The notes under the pieces: model-generated
What the model saw: the letters and a program-made list of their open reading frames with translations, nothing else
The model's database searches: none
What the model was told of the DNA's origin: nothing
Made by a program: the position numbers and the translations under genes
Assembly: GCF_036917375.1 (NCBI RefSeq)
Contig: NZ_JBALDN010000078.1
Coordinates: forward strand, 36,511 to 68,510
Source of the DNA: Nostoc sp.
GTDB taxonomy: Bacteria; Cyanobacteriota; Cyanobacteriia; Cyanobacteriales; Nostocaceae
Length of the DNA stretch: 32,000 nt
Direction of reading: 5' to 3'
Part shown: piece after piece, positions 1-8,848 of the stretch
Numbering within the stretch: position 1 is the first letter of the stretch
Layout: each line of letters begins with the position of its first letter

Positions 1-210
1 GGTAGTTAACGGTTGGGGTTGTCCGCTGATGTAACTTGCAACACGGGACTGCTTAGATGACACCAAACCAGTTCGCGTGCGTCGGTATCGAGCTAACTCT
101 TGATCTAGCGGCACCTCTAAACTTGCTAGTGCTGCTGCTAGTACTGGTTTCAACCCAGGTGTTTTAGACGATTGATGAGTACTGGAGTCGTTCAGGGGGT
201 TTTGAGTCAT
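1..210 (-). CDS. 5' part of an unassigned protein-coding gene that runs off the left edge
   Basis: Not in the ORF track because there is no stop inside the window. A reverse-strand ATG at 208-210 is followed by 70 open codons to position 1 (MTQNPLNDSSTHQSSKTPGLKPVLAAALASLEVPLDQELARYRRTRTG...). No family recognised. Confidence 0.35.
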   Translation of the reverse strand, partial: MTQNPLNDSSTHQSSKTPGLKPVLAAALASLEVPLDQELARYRRTRTGLVSSKQSRVASYISGQPQPLTT

Positions 211-299
211 TGTCTTTGTGCCTCAAACGTAGATTACTGGAATCAACTTTTAGATATATTTTGTGACAATAGTAGCGGAAATTATTTAAATAGATAGAG

Positions 300-423
300 T
301 GGGCATTGGGCACAAGAGGCAGAGGTGCGGAGGAGCAGAGGGGCAGAGGGGAAAGACTTACTGCTACTTCTCCTCTGCTCCCCTGCTCCCTTGCTCCCCT
401 GCTTTCCACTCTTCACTCCCCAC
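300..423. repeat. G-rich octamer-like array (GCAGAGG-type units) facing a C-rich array (TGCTCCCY units), giving an imperfect long hairpin preceded by a GGGCATT heptamer
   Basis: Read directly: 'ggcagaggtgcggaggagcagaggggcagagggg' at 316-354 is partly complementary to 'ctcctctgctcccctgctcccttgctcccctgc' at 368-403. It lies in the divergent intergenic region. Confidence 0.5.
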
Positions 424-431
424 TTTGAATA

Positions 432-986
432 ATGTCGTTGAAATCAATTAATGATGTTTTAAGGATTCTGGAAAAGCAGTCGAAATGGCAGGAGCAACCA
501 TTTCAACGCCTGCTCAAGTGTTGGGCAGAAGTTGTTGGCCCAGTGGTTGCCGCAAATACTCGACCATTATCGATTCAACGTGATGTTTTGTCGGTAGCAA
601 CTTCTAGTGCTGCTTGGGCACAAAACCTGACTTTTGGCCGCACATCTCTACTTTTAAAGTTGAATAAAAAGCTGCCAACGCCTTTGGTTGATATTCGCTT
701 CTCTACTGCTGGCTGGCAGAATCCGTCGGTAGAAAGAAAACAGCAACAAACGGTTTCGCCCCATGAGCATCCCAGTTACCTTGGTGATGAGATTAACCGC
801 CCTGATGCTATACCCGTTAAAGATGTGAATGCGGCTTTTGGACATTGGACGAAGATTGTGCGATCGCGATCGCATGGCTTACCCCTTTGTCCCCAGTGCC
901 AATCTCCCACCCCACCCGGTGAACTCCAGCGCTGGGAAGTCTGTTCTGTCTGTGCTGCTAAACAGTTTTCAAAGCAAAATAGTTGA
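432..986 (+). CDS. DUF721 (DciA-like) protein with a C-terminal CxxC...CxxC zinc ribbon
   Basis: The N-terminal region (INDVLRILEKQSKWQE...LLKCWAEVVGPVVAANTRPLSIQRDVLSVATSSAAWAQNL) matches my recollection of the DUF721 family. The C-terminus has CPQC...CSVC. Confidence 0.6.
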   Translation: MSLKSINDVLRILEKQSKWQEQPFQRLLKCWAEVVGPVVAANTRPLSIQRDVLSVATSSAAWAQNLTFGRTSLLLKLNKKLPTPLVDIRFSTAGWQNPSVERKQQQTVSPHEHPSYLGDEINRPDAIPVKDVNAAFGHWTKIVRSRSHGLPLCPQCQSPTPPGELQRWEVCSVCAAKQFSKQNS

Positions 987-1413
987 GCGATTATTCGTTG
1001 AGCAGAGTTTATCCTGAAATAACTTGCTGCCATTACATCAAATTTTTCTGATTCTTGAGAAAAAGTATAATTTGCCGATAAAATATGTCAAATGTGGTAT
1101 GTCAAGCAGACTATTTATGCGAAATTCTATGCCTTAAGCCATCCTTAAGGAGGAATTTAAAAGCCTGAATAAATCAAAAGCTTTAGTTTTAGTCTTGATC
1201 CCTAATAAGTTTTAGACGATACCTATATGTAAATGCTCTAGGAATTATTTAAATATATAACAAGATTATAAAAATATCCTGAAGTTTATTTTTTACTTGG
1301 GATCGCTGAAACCTATAGAAAATAATGACTTTTTGGCTTTTCTCCGTCTTTATATATAGAAGCAGAATATAAAGATGAAATTCAGCCAGAAACAACATTA
1401 AAGATGAATCCGA

Positions 1414-1728
1414 ATGAAACCCATTAAAGTTTTAGCATCTGCCTGTAGATATTGTCGTCATTACCAGCCAGAAGGTCGCCGTGGTGGAACGTGCCAGCAG
1501 TTGGGCGCACCAGTTCAAGCGACTTGGAAGGCTTGCTCCTTGGCGCTTCCACCTTTTGCACCTTCTTGGGAAACCTTAGAAGATGCTTGGGGTTTACCAG
1601 ATGCAGCTCCAGTTTTAACATCTTGTCAATCTCTAGCCTCAGATTTAGATAATGTTGCTCTTGCCCCTCTAGAGGAAATAACGGCCTCTATATCTGAACA
1701 GGTAAAAACTAAAGCAGTGGTCATTTAG
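1414..1728 (+). CDS. Small Cys-rich conserved cyanobacterial hypothetical protein
   Basis: 104-aa ORF with an ATG start and the pattern CRYCRHY...GTCQQL...KAC. A hairpin terminator follows at 1817-1849. Confidence 0.5.
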   Translation: MKPIKVLASACRYCRHYQPEGRRGGTCQQLGAPVQATWKACSLALPPFAPSWETLEDAWGLPDAAPVLTSCQSLASDLDNVALAPLEEITASISEQVKTKAVVI

Positions 1729-1816
1729 TTATCCTTTATTACTGGACTGAGTTTGTAGTCTGCTTAAAATAAGATTTGTTTTTAAGATTTTTAGTACTGT
1801 AAAAGTTGATATCTAC

Positions 1817-1849
1817 AAAAATCGCATCTCATTGAAGGGTGCGATTTTT
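1817..1849. terminator. Bidirectional rho-independent terminator between the convergent 1414-1728 ORF and menB
   Basis: A perfect 10-bp stem, 'aaaaatcgca' (1817-1826) with 'tgcgattttt' (1840-1849), and a 13-nt loop. T-runs are available on both strands. Confidence 0.6.
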
Positions 1850-1855
1850 GCAATT

Positions 1856-2689
1856 TTAAGGCAACCAAGGAAAAGAGCGGAAATCTGGTGGACGCTTTTC
1901 GAGAAAGGCTTGTTTACCCTCAGCTCCTTCTTCTGTCATGTAATAAAGTAGGGTGGCGTTGCCAGCGAGTTCTTGTAAACCAGCTTGTCCATCACAATCA
2001 GCGTTAAAGGCGGCTTTGAGACATCGAATTGCGATCGGACTTTTTTCTAAAATCTCCTGTGCCCATTGAATACCTTCCGCTTCTAGTTGTTCTACTGGGA
2101 CTATGCAATTAATTAAGCCCATATCTAGCGCTTGTTGTGCATCATATTGGCGGCAGAGAAACCAAATTTCTCTAGCTTTTTTTTGTCCCACAACGCGGGC
2201 GAGATAGCTGGCTCCAAAACCACCGTCGAAACTGCCGACTTTCGGGCCAGTCTGTCCGAAAATAGCGTTATCGGCGGCAATGGTAAGGTCGCAAATTAAG
2301 TGTAGGACGTGTCCACCACCGATCGCATATCCAGCTACTAGGGCAATCACTACTTTCGGCATCGAACGAATCAGGCGTTGTAAGTCCAGCACATTTAAGC
2401 GGGGGATGCCAGTATCGTCCACATAACCCGCATGTCCCCGCACACTTTGATCGCCACCAGAACAGAAGGCATATTTGCCATCAGTATGTGGGCCATAACC
2501 AGTAAATAGGACAACACCAATAGTAGTATCTTCACGAGCATTACAGAAAGCGTCGTACAGTTCAAAGACTGTTTCAGGACGGAAAGCATTGCGTTTATGG
2601 GGACGGTTGATGGTGATTTTCGCAATGCCATCGGTTTTTTGATACAGAATATCTTCGTAGGTTTTGGCAGTTTGCCAGTTAATTTGCAT
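1856..2689 (-). CDS. menB: 1,4-dihydroxy-2-naphthoyl-CoA synthase (crotonase family, phylloquinone pathway)
   Basis: [38 protein letters not shown]...FCSGGDQ...[11 protein letters not shown] is typical MenB sequence. The start is set at the internal ATG (2687-2689) rather than the ORF-track start at 2740. Confidence 0.9.
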   Translation of the reverse strand: MQINWQTAKTYEDILYQKTDGIAKITINRPHKRNAFRPETVFELYDAFCNAREDTTIGVVLFTGYGPHTDGKYAFCSGGDQSVRGHAGYVDDTGIPRLNVLDLQRLIRSMPKVVIALVAGYAIGGGHVLHLICDLTIAADNAIFGQTGPKVGSFDGGFGASYLARVVGQKKAREIWFLCRQYDAQQALDMGLINCIVPVEQLEAEGIQWAQEILEKSPIAIRCLKAAFNADCDGQAGLQELAGNATLLYYMTEEGAEGKQAFLEKRPPDFRSFPWLP

Positions 2690-2830
2690 TGGTATGGAGT
2701 GCGCTGTTGTGCTTGAGAATTTTATCGCGGACGTAGGCACAAGCGATACCTGCGGTAGGCTACGCCTACGCTAAAATTAGTGTCTCAAGCCTTTACAATC
2801 TGGTGATTGTCTGGGTGTTGAGGAATAAAA

Positions 2831-3655
2831 ATGCGACGTGACACCATCTTCTATAAATTATTTAAGCAATTTCCTGGTTTGCTATTTGAATTAGTAGATG
2901 AACCACCCCCAGAAGCGGAGAACTACCAGTTTGAATCAGTTGAGGTGAAAGAAACGGCGTTTCGGATTGATGGAGTATTTTTACCTCCCGCTAATGCAGT
3001 TTCCAAAACCGTCTTTTTTGCAGAAGTCCAGTTTCAGAAGGACGAAGACTTATATCACCGCTTCTTTAGTGAATTGTTTTTGTTTCTCTACCGCCACTCT
3101 ATCCGCTACGATGACTGGTTTGGAGTCATAATTTTTGGTTCTCGCAGCCTGGAACCTTCTTCCTCTTCGATTCACCGTACTTTGTTGGAAAGTGGTCAAG
3201 TCAGGCGGGTTTATCTGGATGAGTTGGGGGATTTGCGACAACAATCTTTGGGATTAGGTTTGATGTTGCTGACAAATGTTACTTCTGAAACCGAAGCAGT
3301 GGAAGGGGCACGGTTTTTGCTAGAACAAGCACGGCAACAATCGGAGCAAGCGATAATTGATTTAGTGACGACGATTATCGTCTACAAATTTTCTAACCTG
3401 AGTCGAGAGGAGATTGCAGCAATGTTGGGACTGAATTTGGAAGAACCACGGGCGATTCGGGAAGCGAAGGAAGAAGAAGCGCGATCGCTCATCTTACGAC
3501 TGTTAAACCGACGGGTAGGTGCGGTTCCTGAACAGCTTCAGCGCCAGATTCAAGTGTTGTCGCTAGAACAGTCTGAAGCTTTATGTGATGCTTTGTTAGA
3601 TTTCTCTACTCTTGCTGATTTGGAAGGGTGGTTACAAGGTGAAGTAAGGGGGTAA
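2831..3655 (+). CDS. Rpn-family / DUF2887 PD-(D/E)XK nuclease-like protein with a DUF4351-like C-terminal domain
   Basis: The N-terminus MRRDTIFYKLFKQFPGLLFEL...FRIDGVFLPP...FFAEVQFQKD is typical of cyanobacterial Rpn/DUF2887 proteins. It is a paralogue of 27755-28576. Confidence 0.75.
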   Translation: MRRDTIFYKLFKQFPGLLFELVDEPPPEAENYQFESVEVKETAFRIDGVFLPPANAVSKTVFFAEVQFQKDEDLYHRFFSELFLFLYRHSIRYDDWFGVIIFGSRSLEPSSSSIHRTLLESGQVRRVYLDELGDLRQQSLGLGLMLLTNVTSETEAVEGARFLLEQARQQSEQAIIDLVTTIIVYKFSNLSREEIAAMLGLNLEEPRAIREAKEEEARSLILRLLNRRVGAVPEQLQRQIQVLSLEQSEALCDALLDFSTLADLEGWLQGEVRG

Positions 3656-3696
3656 GTTTCACCCACAGACGCAAAGGAGGAGAGCGATCGCTAAAA

Positions 3697-3957
3697 TTGT
3701 TGGTAACGACGATTATTGTCTACAAGTTTTCTACCCTAAGTCGAGACGAGATTGCAACGATGTTGGGACTGAATTTGGAAGAACCACGGGCTATTCGGGA
3801 AGCGAAGGAAGAAGGAGAAAGAACGATCGTTTTACGGCTATTAAATCGGCGCGTGGGTAATATTTCTGATGCGCTTCTGTCCCAGATGCAAGGGTTATCG
3901 GTGGAACAGTTGGAAGCGTTAGCTTTGGTGTTTTTTATAGAGTTATGTGCTTTATAG
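3697..3957 (+). pseudogene. Free-standing copy of only the C-terminal (DUF4351-like) part of an Rpn/DUF2887 gene. It is either a truncated paralogue or a small stand-alone ORF.
   Basis: Nucleotides ~3675-3815 resemble 3345-3480 of the upstream gene at roughly 90% identity by eye (LVTTIIVYKFS.LSR.EIA.MLGLNLEEPRAIREAKEE). The N-terminal nuclease part is absent. Homology is lost near 3935, where low-GC DNA begins. Confidence 0.6.
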
Positions 3958-3996
3958 TTAAAAGATTGTATCGATTATGGCATTGGAGATTGTCCT

Positions 3997-4857
3997 TTGA
4001 TTTCATTCAGTAGCTACAAAGTAACTGCATCTAAGTGGATTACCATATTTGACTCACCATTTTACCCTGATTCTTTAGATGAAGCTAAAATGCTCTACGA
4101 GAAAGTTTTGGAGCGTTTCATAGAATTGGTAGACGAAGCAACAAACTCTGCAAATTTACTCGAAATCATTACAAAAGAGCCTGATCCTTTACGTATTCAA
4201 CTTCTTAGAGTATTTCGGAGGTATGTATCACCAGATACGACAGTAGAAATGACCAAGAAAAAACGTGATATTCCTAATATAATTAACGACTTTGGTGATA
4301 GATTTCGTAGTTTAGAAGAGGTTAGAAGAAACTTGCAAAGTCGTCCTGTACCCGATGAAACTCTAATGGCTCTTCTTTTAGAACAGAGTAAACGGGGACA
4401 AAAAGGCTATGACTTGACAGAAGCGTTTTTCTTATGGTTTGACAGAGTATTTGGTAAAAACTATATAATTCGGGGGCCAGTTCGTGCTGGAAAAGATGTA
4501 ATGCTTGATAAGGTTTTGGATAATTGGGAAGCTCAAACTCCAGCAGATATTTTTATATCTCGATTAGATGGAACCCCCTTAGTAGTTGGATTTGCTCGGT
4601 ATGACTCTGATAGAGGAGGTTCTCAAGAAGATGATCGGACTGGTGGAAATCGAGATAAAGCAACTGATATTCTCAGATATGCTGATACATATAAAGTGGC
4701 TTTAAAAGTATTTTTTTTGAATGATGGGCCAGGATTACTACTAGGATCTATGTGGAATGATTATGCTCGTCTAGAAAGTTATGGTAGTGGCAAAATAATG
4801 GTATGCACTCTGAAAATGCTTGATGAGAGATTTACACAAGATTGGCTTGAAAGTTGA
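3997..4857 (+). CDS. Putative type II restriction endonuclease, called by context only
   Basis: 286-aa ORF with no recognisable family. It is convergent with, and overlaps by 26 bp, a DPPY DNA methyltransferase, and both lie in the same low-GC, HIP1-free block. The start is uncertain: TTG at 3997 or ATG at 4090. Confidence 0.45.
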   Translation: MISFSSYKVTASKWITIFDSPFYPDSLDEAKMLYEKVLERFIELVDEATNSANLLEIITKEPDPLRIQLLRVFRRYVSPDTTVEMTKKKRDIPNIINDFGDRFRSLEEVRRNLQSRPVPDETLMALLLEQSKRGQKGYDLTEAFFLWFDRVFGKNYIIRGPVRAGKDVMLDKVLDNWEAQTPADIFISRLDGTPLVVGFARYDSDRGGSQEDDRTGGNRDKATDILRYADTYKVALKVFFLNDGPGLLLGSMWNDYARLESYGSGKIMVCTLKMLDERFTQDWLES

Positions 4858-6145
4858 GTTTTCTATCCCACTCATGTATTACAGTATCAGAGATAAACTC
4901 TAATTCTGGTGTTTCTTCAATATATAAATCTAGACCACTTCGTAAAATTCTATTTATACCTATCAAGCACTTTTGTTCATGTTTAGGGGAACTATTTCCG
5001 TTAATGAAGTCACCCATTATTTCTGTTCCGTTAACTAAACGCTGAACTATTGTAGCTATAGCAAGTTGCGAATTATCAATAGCTATCCATTTTCTACCTA
5101 ACTCTTCAGCTACAGCAGCAGTAGTACCACTTCCCGCGAATGCATCTAACACAATATCTCCCTGATTAGATGAGGCTAGAATTATTCGTTTGATCATATC
5201 TGGATTTTTTTCTGTTGGATAGCCAGTAATTTTAATATTTTGATTGTGAGCGTCCTTGAAGTCAAGCCAAATATCTTGGACTGAAATACCCTGGCTATTA
5301 TCTAAATAAACTTTTCTTCTTGGGTTCCCTGTTGGTGACCAGTAAATCTCTCCGCGTGCATCCATTTCGTCTAAAGTTTCTGGAGTATATTGCCAGTGTT
5401 TACCTGGAGGAGGTAATATTCCTCTCCAGGGTTGACCTGTTGCACCTTTTCTTACACCTGGTGCATGAACAGGAACTTTCTTATAAACTCTTCCAGTCTC
5501 CTTTTCAACATATTGATACTCTTTCTTTGCAGTAGTTTCAGTCCAAGGGTTAAAAGGCTGATTCCATATATAATTATCTGTTTTTGTGTAAAATAGAATG
5601 TAGTCAGCGGTGTTTCCGTACTGTTTACGTGTATAGTTTTTTGGGTTACATTTTTTTCTTGTAATCAAATTGCGAAAGTTTTTAGAACCAAAAATTTCAT
5701 CCATTATAATTTTGACAGCACAAGCCATCTTGTCATCTAAATGTATATAAATAGAACCTTCATCTGATAAAAGTTCTCTTAATAAAACCAGTCGTTGACG
5801 TAAAAACTCTAAATATTCTGCACCTTCCATTAGGTCGTGGTAAGCATGGTCTCTTTGACGAGACTCAAAACTACTCCCTGTTGCATAGGGGGGGTCAATA
5901 TAAATCAAACTAACTTTACCCGCGATAGTATCATCGTTCAAGAATGAACTAAGAACTCTTAAATTCTCTCCATAGATGAGTCTGTTTCTTGGATGTTCAT
6001 CTATACTGATTATGCGATTTAACTTGGCTACAGGAATTTTTAATATATCCTCTATAGGAATTTTCCCTTCATATTCCAGACGAAAAGGAATTACATTTTG
6101 TTTTTGACTTTTACGACTATTTCGACTAGGTATTCCTGTTGCCAT
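4832..6145 (-). CDS. Beta-class DNA methyltransferase (N-4/N-6 MTase family). The DPPY motif points to N6-adenine specificity.
   Basis: Motif IV 'LIYIDPPYATGS' precedes motif I 'VLDAFAGSGTTAAVAEELGRKWIAIDNS' near the C-terminus. This IV-then-I order is the beta-group order. Confidence 0.85.
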   Translation of the reverse strand: MATGIPSRNSRKSQKQNVIPFRLEYEGKIPIEDILKIPVAKLNRIISIDEHPRNRLIYGENLRVLSSFLNDDTIAGKVSLIYIDPPYATGSSFESRQRDHAYHDLMEGAEYLEFLRQRLVLLRELLSDEGSIYIHLDDKMACAVKIIMDEIFGSKNFRNLITRKKCNPKNYTRKQYGNTADYILFYTKTDNYIWNQPFNPWTETTAKKEYQYVEKETGRVYKKVPVHAPGVRKGATGQPWRGILPPPGKHWQYTPETLDEMDARGEIYWSPTGNPRRKVYLDNSQGISVQDIWLDFKDAHNQNIKITGYPTEKNPDMIKRIILASSNQGDIVLDAFAGSGTTAAVAEELGRKWIAIDNSQLAIATIVQRLVNGTEIMGDFINGNSSPKHEQKCLIGINRILRSGLDLYIEETPELEFISDTVIHEWDRKLNFQANLV

Positions 6146-6533
6146 TTGAGTTAATATTTTATTCTACTTCTTTTCTACTATTATTTATTTATAAAAACTT
6201 ATCTAAGTCTTTTTGTCTGATACGCCAAATTCTTGACCCCACTTTTGTAGCTTTAAGATTATTTGATAATATCCATCTTTGCAGAGTTATTTGGTAAATA
6301 CAAAGAAGTTAAGCTACTTCAATAGTTGTCAAAAACAAAATATCTTCTTCATTATTGTTATATTTTGCATTTTGTTGCATTTGTCGCTGAACTCGCTATT
6401 GTACTACTAATTCTAATACTTTGCAAGGGTGAGCAACGCTAGTAATTAAAACACTTGTGGTCAAGTGATTTTAAATTTGATGCCACAAATGCTGTGTTTT
6501 TATACTCCTATTCAGTAACACCTAATGAGATAG

Positions 6534-8312
6534 TTAAATTGCAATATTTGCAGCAAAATTTTTCAATTTATCTTGTCGCCACTTAGCATCTAGTTTCCGA
6601 TTTGTCTGCAACTCTAAAACCCGAATTCCTGTAGCTGGTAGCGAGTTTAATCTTTGCTGCAACTGCTGCCAAGAAGTGATCAAGTCATGCTGCACATTAT
6701 AAGTAGCGCACAACTGAGCAAAATCAATATCCTGGGGAGTGCCAAAAAACTCTTCAAATGGTGGGTCAAATTTGGCAATGGGTAACATTTCAAAAATACC
6801 ACCGCCATTGTTATTGATTAACACAATCGTGAGATGTCCGACAAACTTATTGCGGATTAAATAACCATTGGTGTCATGTAAAAGAGCTAAATCTCCTGTT
6901 AACATCACACTACTTTGCTGGCGATGGGCAATTCCTAAAGCTGTGGATAATGTACCATCAATGCCATTTGCACCCCGGTTAAAGTGCGATCGCACTCCTA
7001 AATTATTCGGTTTCCAGAAATATTCTACATCCCGCACAGGCATACTATTGGCAATAAACAGAGGCGTTCCTGGCGGTAAAAGCTGAGAAATTAACCAAGC
7101 TGCTTTACTCTCAATGATTTCATCTATTTTCCCCATCGTCTGGTCAACAACTAACCTGACTTTAGCTTCCGCATCGCACCATTGCTGCAAATAGTCTGAG
7201 GAAAAAGATAAATTTATCTCCTCTGCTTTTATATCTTCTACAAATATCCGTAAATGCGTCGTCCTCCCGTGCAAAGGGTCGAGGTTTTGGTCGCTGGGAT
7301 CAATTATCCAGCGTCGCGGTTGGGTTACATCTATCCAGGTACGTAATTCTTTACTCGTAGGCATTTCTCCCACCTGAATCACCATTTCGGGCGCTAACTG
7401 CTTTGCTAGTTGCTGATTTCGCAAAATCAGGTCATAGGTAGAAATTAAATAAGGATTGAGTTCGGCATAATTTCTCACTGGGGAGAGTCCCTCAGCTAGC
7501 ACTGGCCATTTGAGAGTTTGGGAAAGTTGGGCGATCGCTCTACAATATTCCTCTGGTTGCGACGGTTGGGCAACACCTGCGATGATGATACCGCGATCGC
7601 ATTCTTTCCATTCTTTGGGTATGGGGCATGGGGAACTTGTACTGAGCGCAGTCGAAGTATTGGGCATGGGGGATGGATTTGCTATTCCTGCGAAAAAGTC
7701 TTCTGATTCCAAGTGCGATCGCAAATAACTCAAGTCAGTTCCATCAGGTAGAGGCGCTAAAGGATCGCGAAAGGGAATATTTAAATGTACTGGCCCCTTT
7801 GTAGGAGTTTGCGCCCTTTCCCAGCTATGAATTACCGTTTGTCGCAGATAAGCTAGCATTCCCAGATCGGCGGAGGGTAAGGCTAACTCTGTTTGCCAAT
7901 TTGGGTAGCTTCCATATAATCTCAACTGATCTATAGTTTGCCCAGAGTGACAATCTCGCAATTCTGGCGGTCTATCGGTGGTTAATATCAACAGTGGTAC
8001 GCGACTATATGAGGCTTCTATGACTGCTGAATAAAAATTTGCTCCTGCTGTACCAGAGGTACAAACTAGTACTACAGGGCGACCGATTGCTTTGGCTTGT
8101 CCCAAGGCAAAAAAGGCGGCGGAACGTTCATCGAGAATGGAAATCGCTTCAATCTCAGGTGCTTGTTGAGCAAAGGCGATCGCTAAGGGTGTAGAGCGCG
8201 ATCCAGGACAAATGATGGCACAAGTCAATCCCAACCGCTTTAGGGTCTCTGTTAAAATATAAGCCCAAAGTTGATTAACATTCCTATAAGCGATCGGCAT
8301 TAAATCAAACAT
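6534..8312 (-). CDS. menD: 2-succinyl-5-enolpyruvyl-6-hydroxy-3-cyclohexene-1-carboxylate (SEPHCHC) synthase, ThDP-dependent
   Basis: 592 aa. The N-terminus NQLWAYILTETLKRLGLTCAIICPGSRSTPLAIAF...GTAGANF and the C-terminal GDLALLHDTNG...NNNGGGIF ThDP-binding motif fit MenD. Confidence 0.9.
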   Translation of the reverse strand: MFDLMPIAYRNVNQLWAYILTETLKRLGLTCAIICPGSRSTPLAIAFAQQAPEIEAISILDERSAAFFALGQAKAIGRPVVLVCTSGTAGANFYSAVIEASYSRVPLLILTTDRPPELRDCHSGQTIDQLRLYGSYPNWQTELALPSADLGMLAYLRQTVIHSWERAQTPTKGPVHLNIPFRDPLAPLPDGTDLSYLRSHLESEDFFAGIANPSPMPNTSTALSTSSPCPIPKEWKECDRGIIIAGVAQPSQPEEYCRAIAQLSQTLKWPVLAEGLSPVRNYAELNPYLISTYDLILRNQQLAKQLAPEMVIQVGEMPTSKELRTWIDVTQPRRWIIDPSDQNLDPLHGRTTHLRIFVEDIKAEEINLSFSSDYLQQWCDAEAKVRLVVDQTMGKIDEIIESKAAWLISQLLPPGTPLFIANSMPVRDVEYFWKPNNLGVRSHFNRGANGIDGTLSTALGIAHRQQSSVMLTGDLALLHDTNGYLIRNKFVGHLTIVLINNNGGGIFEMLPIAKFDPPFEEFFGTPQDIDFAQLCATYNVQHDLITSWQQLQQRLNSLPATGIRVLELQTNRKLDAKWRQDKLKNFAANIAI

Positions 8313-8479
8313 AGCTATAAAACAATCTTAAATTTTAGATTTTGTCTAGGGAAATTCAATTTAAAATCCATCAATGCGGTGTTGGGTTCAATCACCGCCA
8401 CGCAAGTTTCTAGGAAGGAAAACCTCCTAGCAAACTTGCTCAACTTTCTACAAAATGCACAATTTGCTCTCAAACTTTT

Positions 8480-8848
8480 ATGGACTGCATTCATTTAACG
8501 GGAATTCGCGGCTATGGCTACACTGGGTATCTACCAGAAGAACAGGTGCTAGGACAATGGTTTGAGGTGGATGTGAGGTTATGGTTGGATATCTCCACAG
8601 CGGCCAAGACTGACGCGATCGAAGACACTTTAGATTATCGCAGCGTCATTAGCTTGACACAACATCTGATCAAAACGTCTAAATTTGTTTTGGTGGAGAA
8701 ATTGGTAACAACGATCGCAGATTCTATCCTCCAAGAGTGCGATCGTGTAACAAAAGTCCAAGTCACTCTCAGCAAACCTGCTGCACCTATTCCAGACTTC
8801 GGTGGCAAAATTAGCATTGAACTGACTAAAATCAAGTCCAACCTTTAA
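8480..8848 (+). CDS. folB: Dihydroneopterin aldolase
   Basis: 122 aa. 'IHLTGIRGYGYTGYLPEEQVLGQWFEVDV...DTLDYRSV...LVEKLV' is typical FolB sequence. Confidence 0.85.
   Translation: MDCIHLTGIRGYGYTGYLPEEQVLGQWFEVDVRLWLDISTAAKTDAIEDTLDYRSVISLTQHLIKTSKFVLVEKLVTTIADSILQECDRVTKVQVTLSKPAAPIPDFGGKISIELTKIKSNL

Noticed and set aside
164-409. 81-aa minus-strand ORF
   Set aside because: Its translation is the G/C-rich octamer arrays (GSRGE.., PLPLCSSAPLPL), and it overlaps the better-supported start (208-210) of the left-edge gene in another frame.
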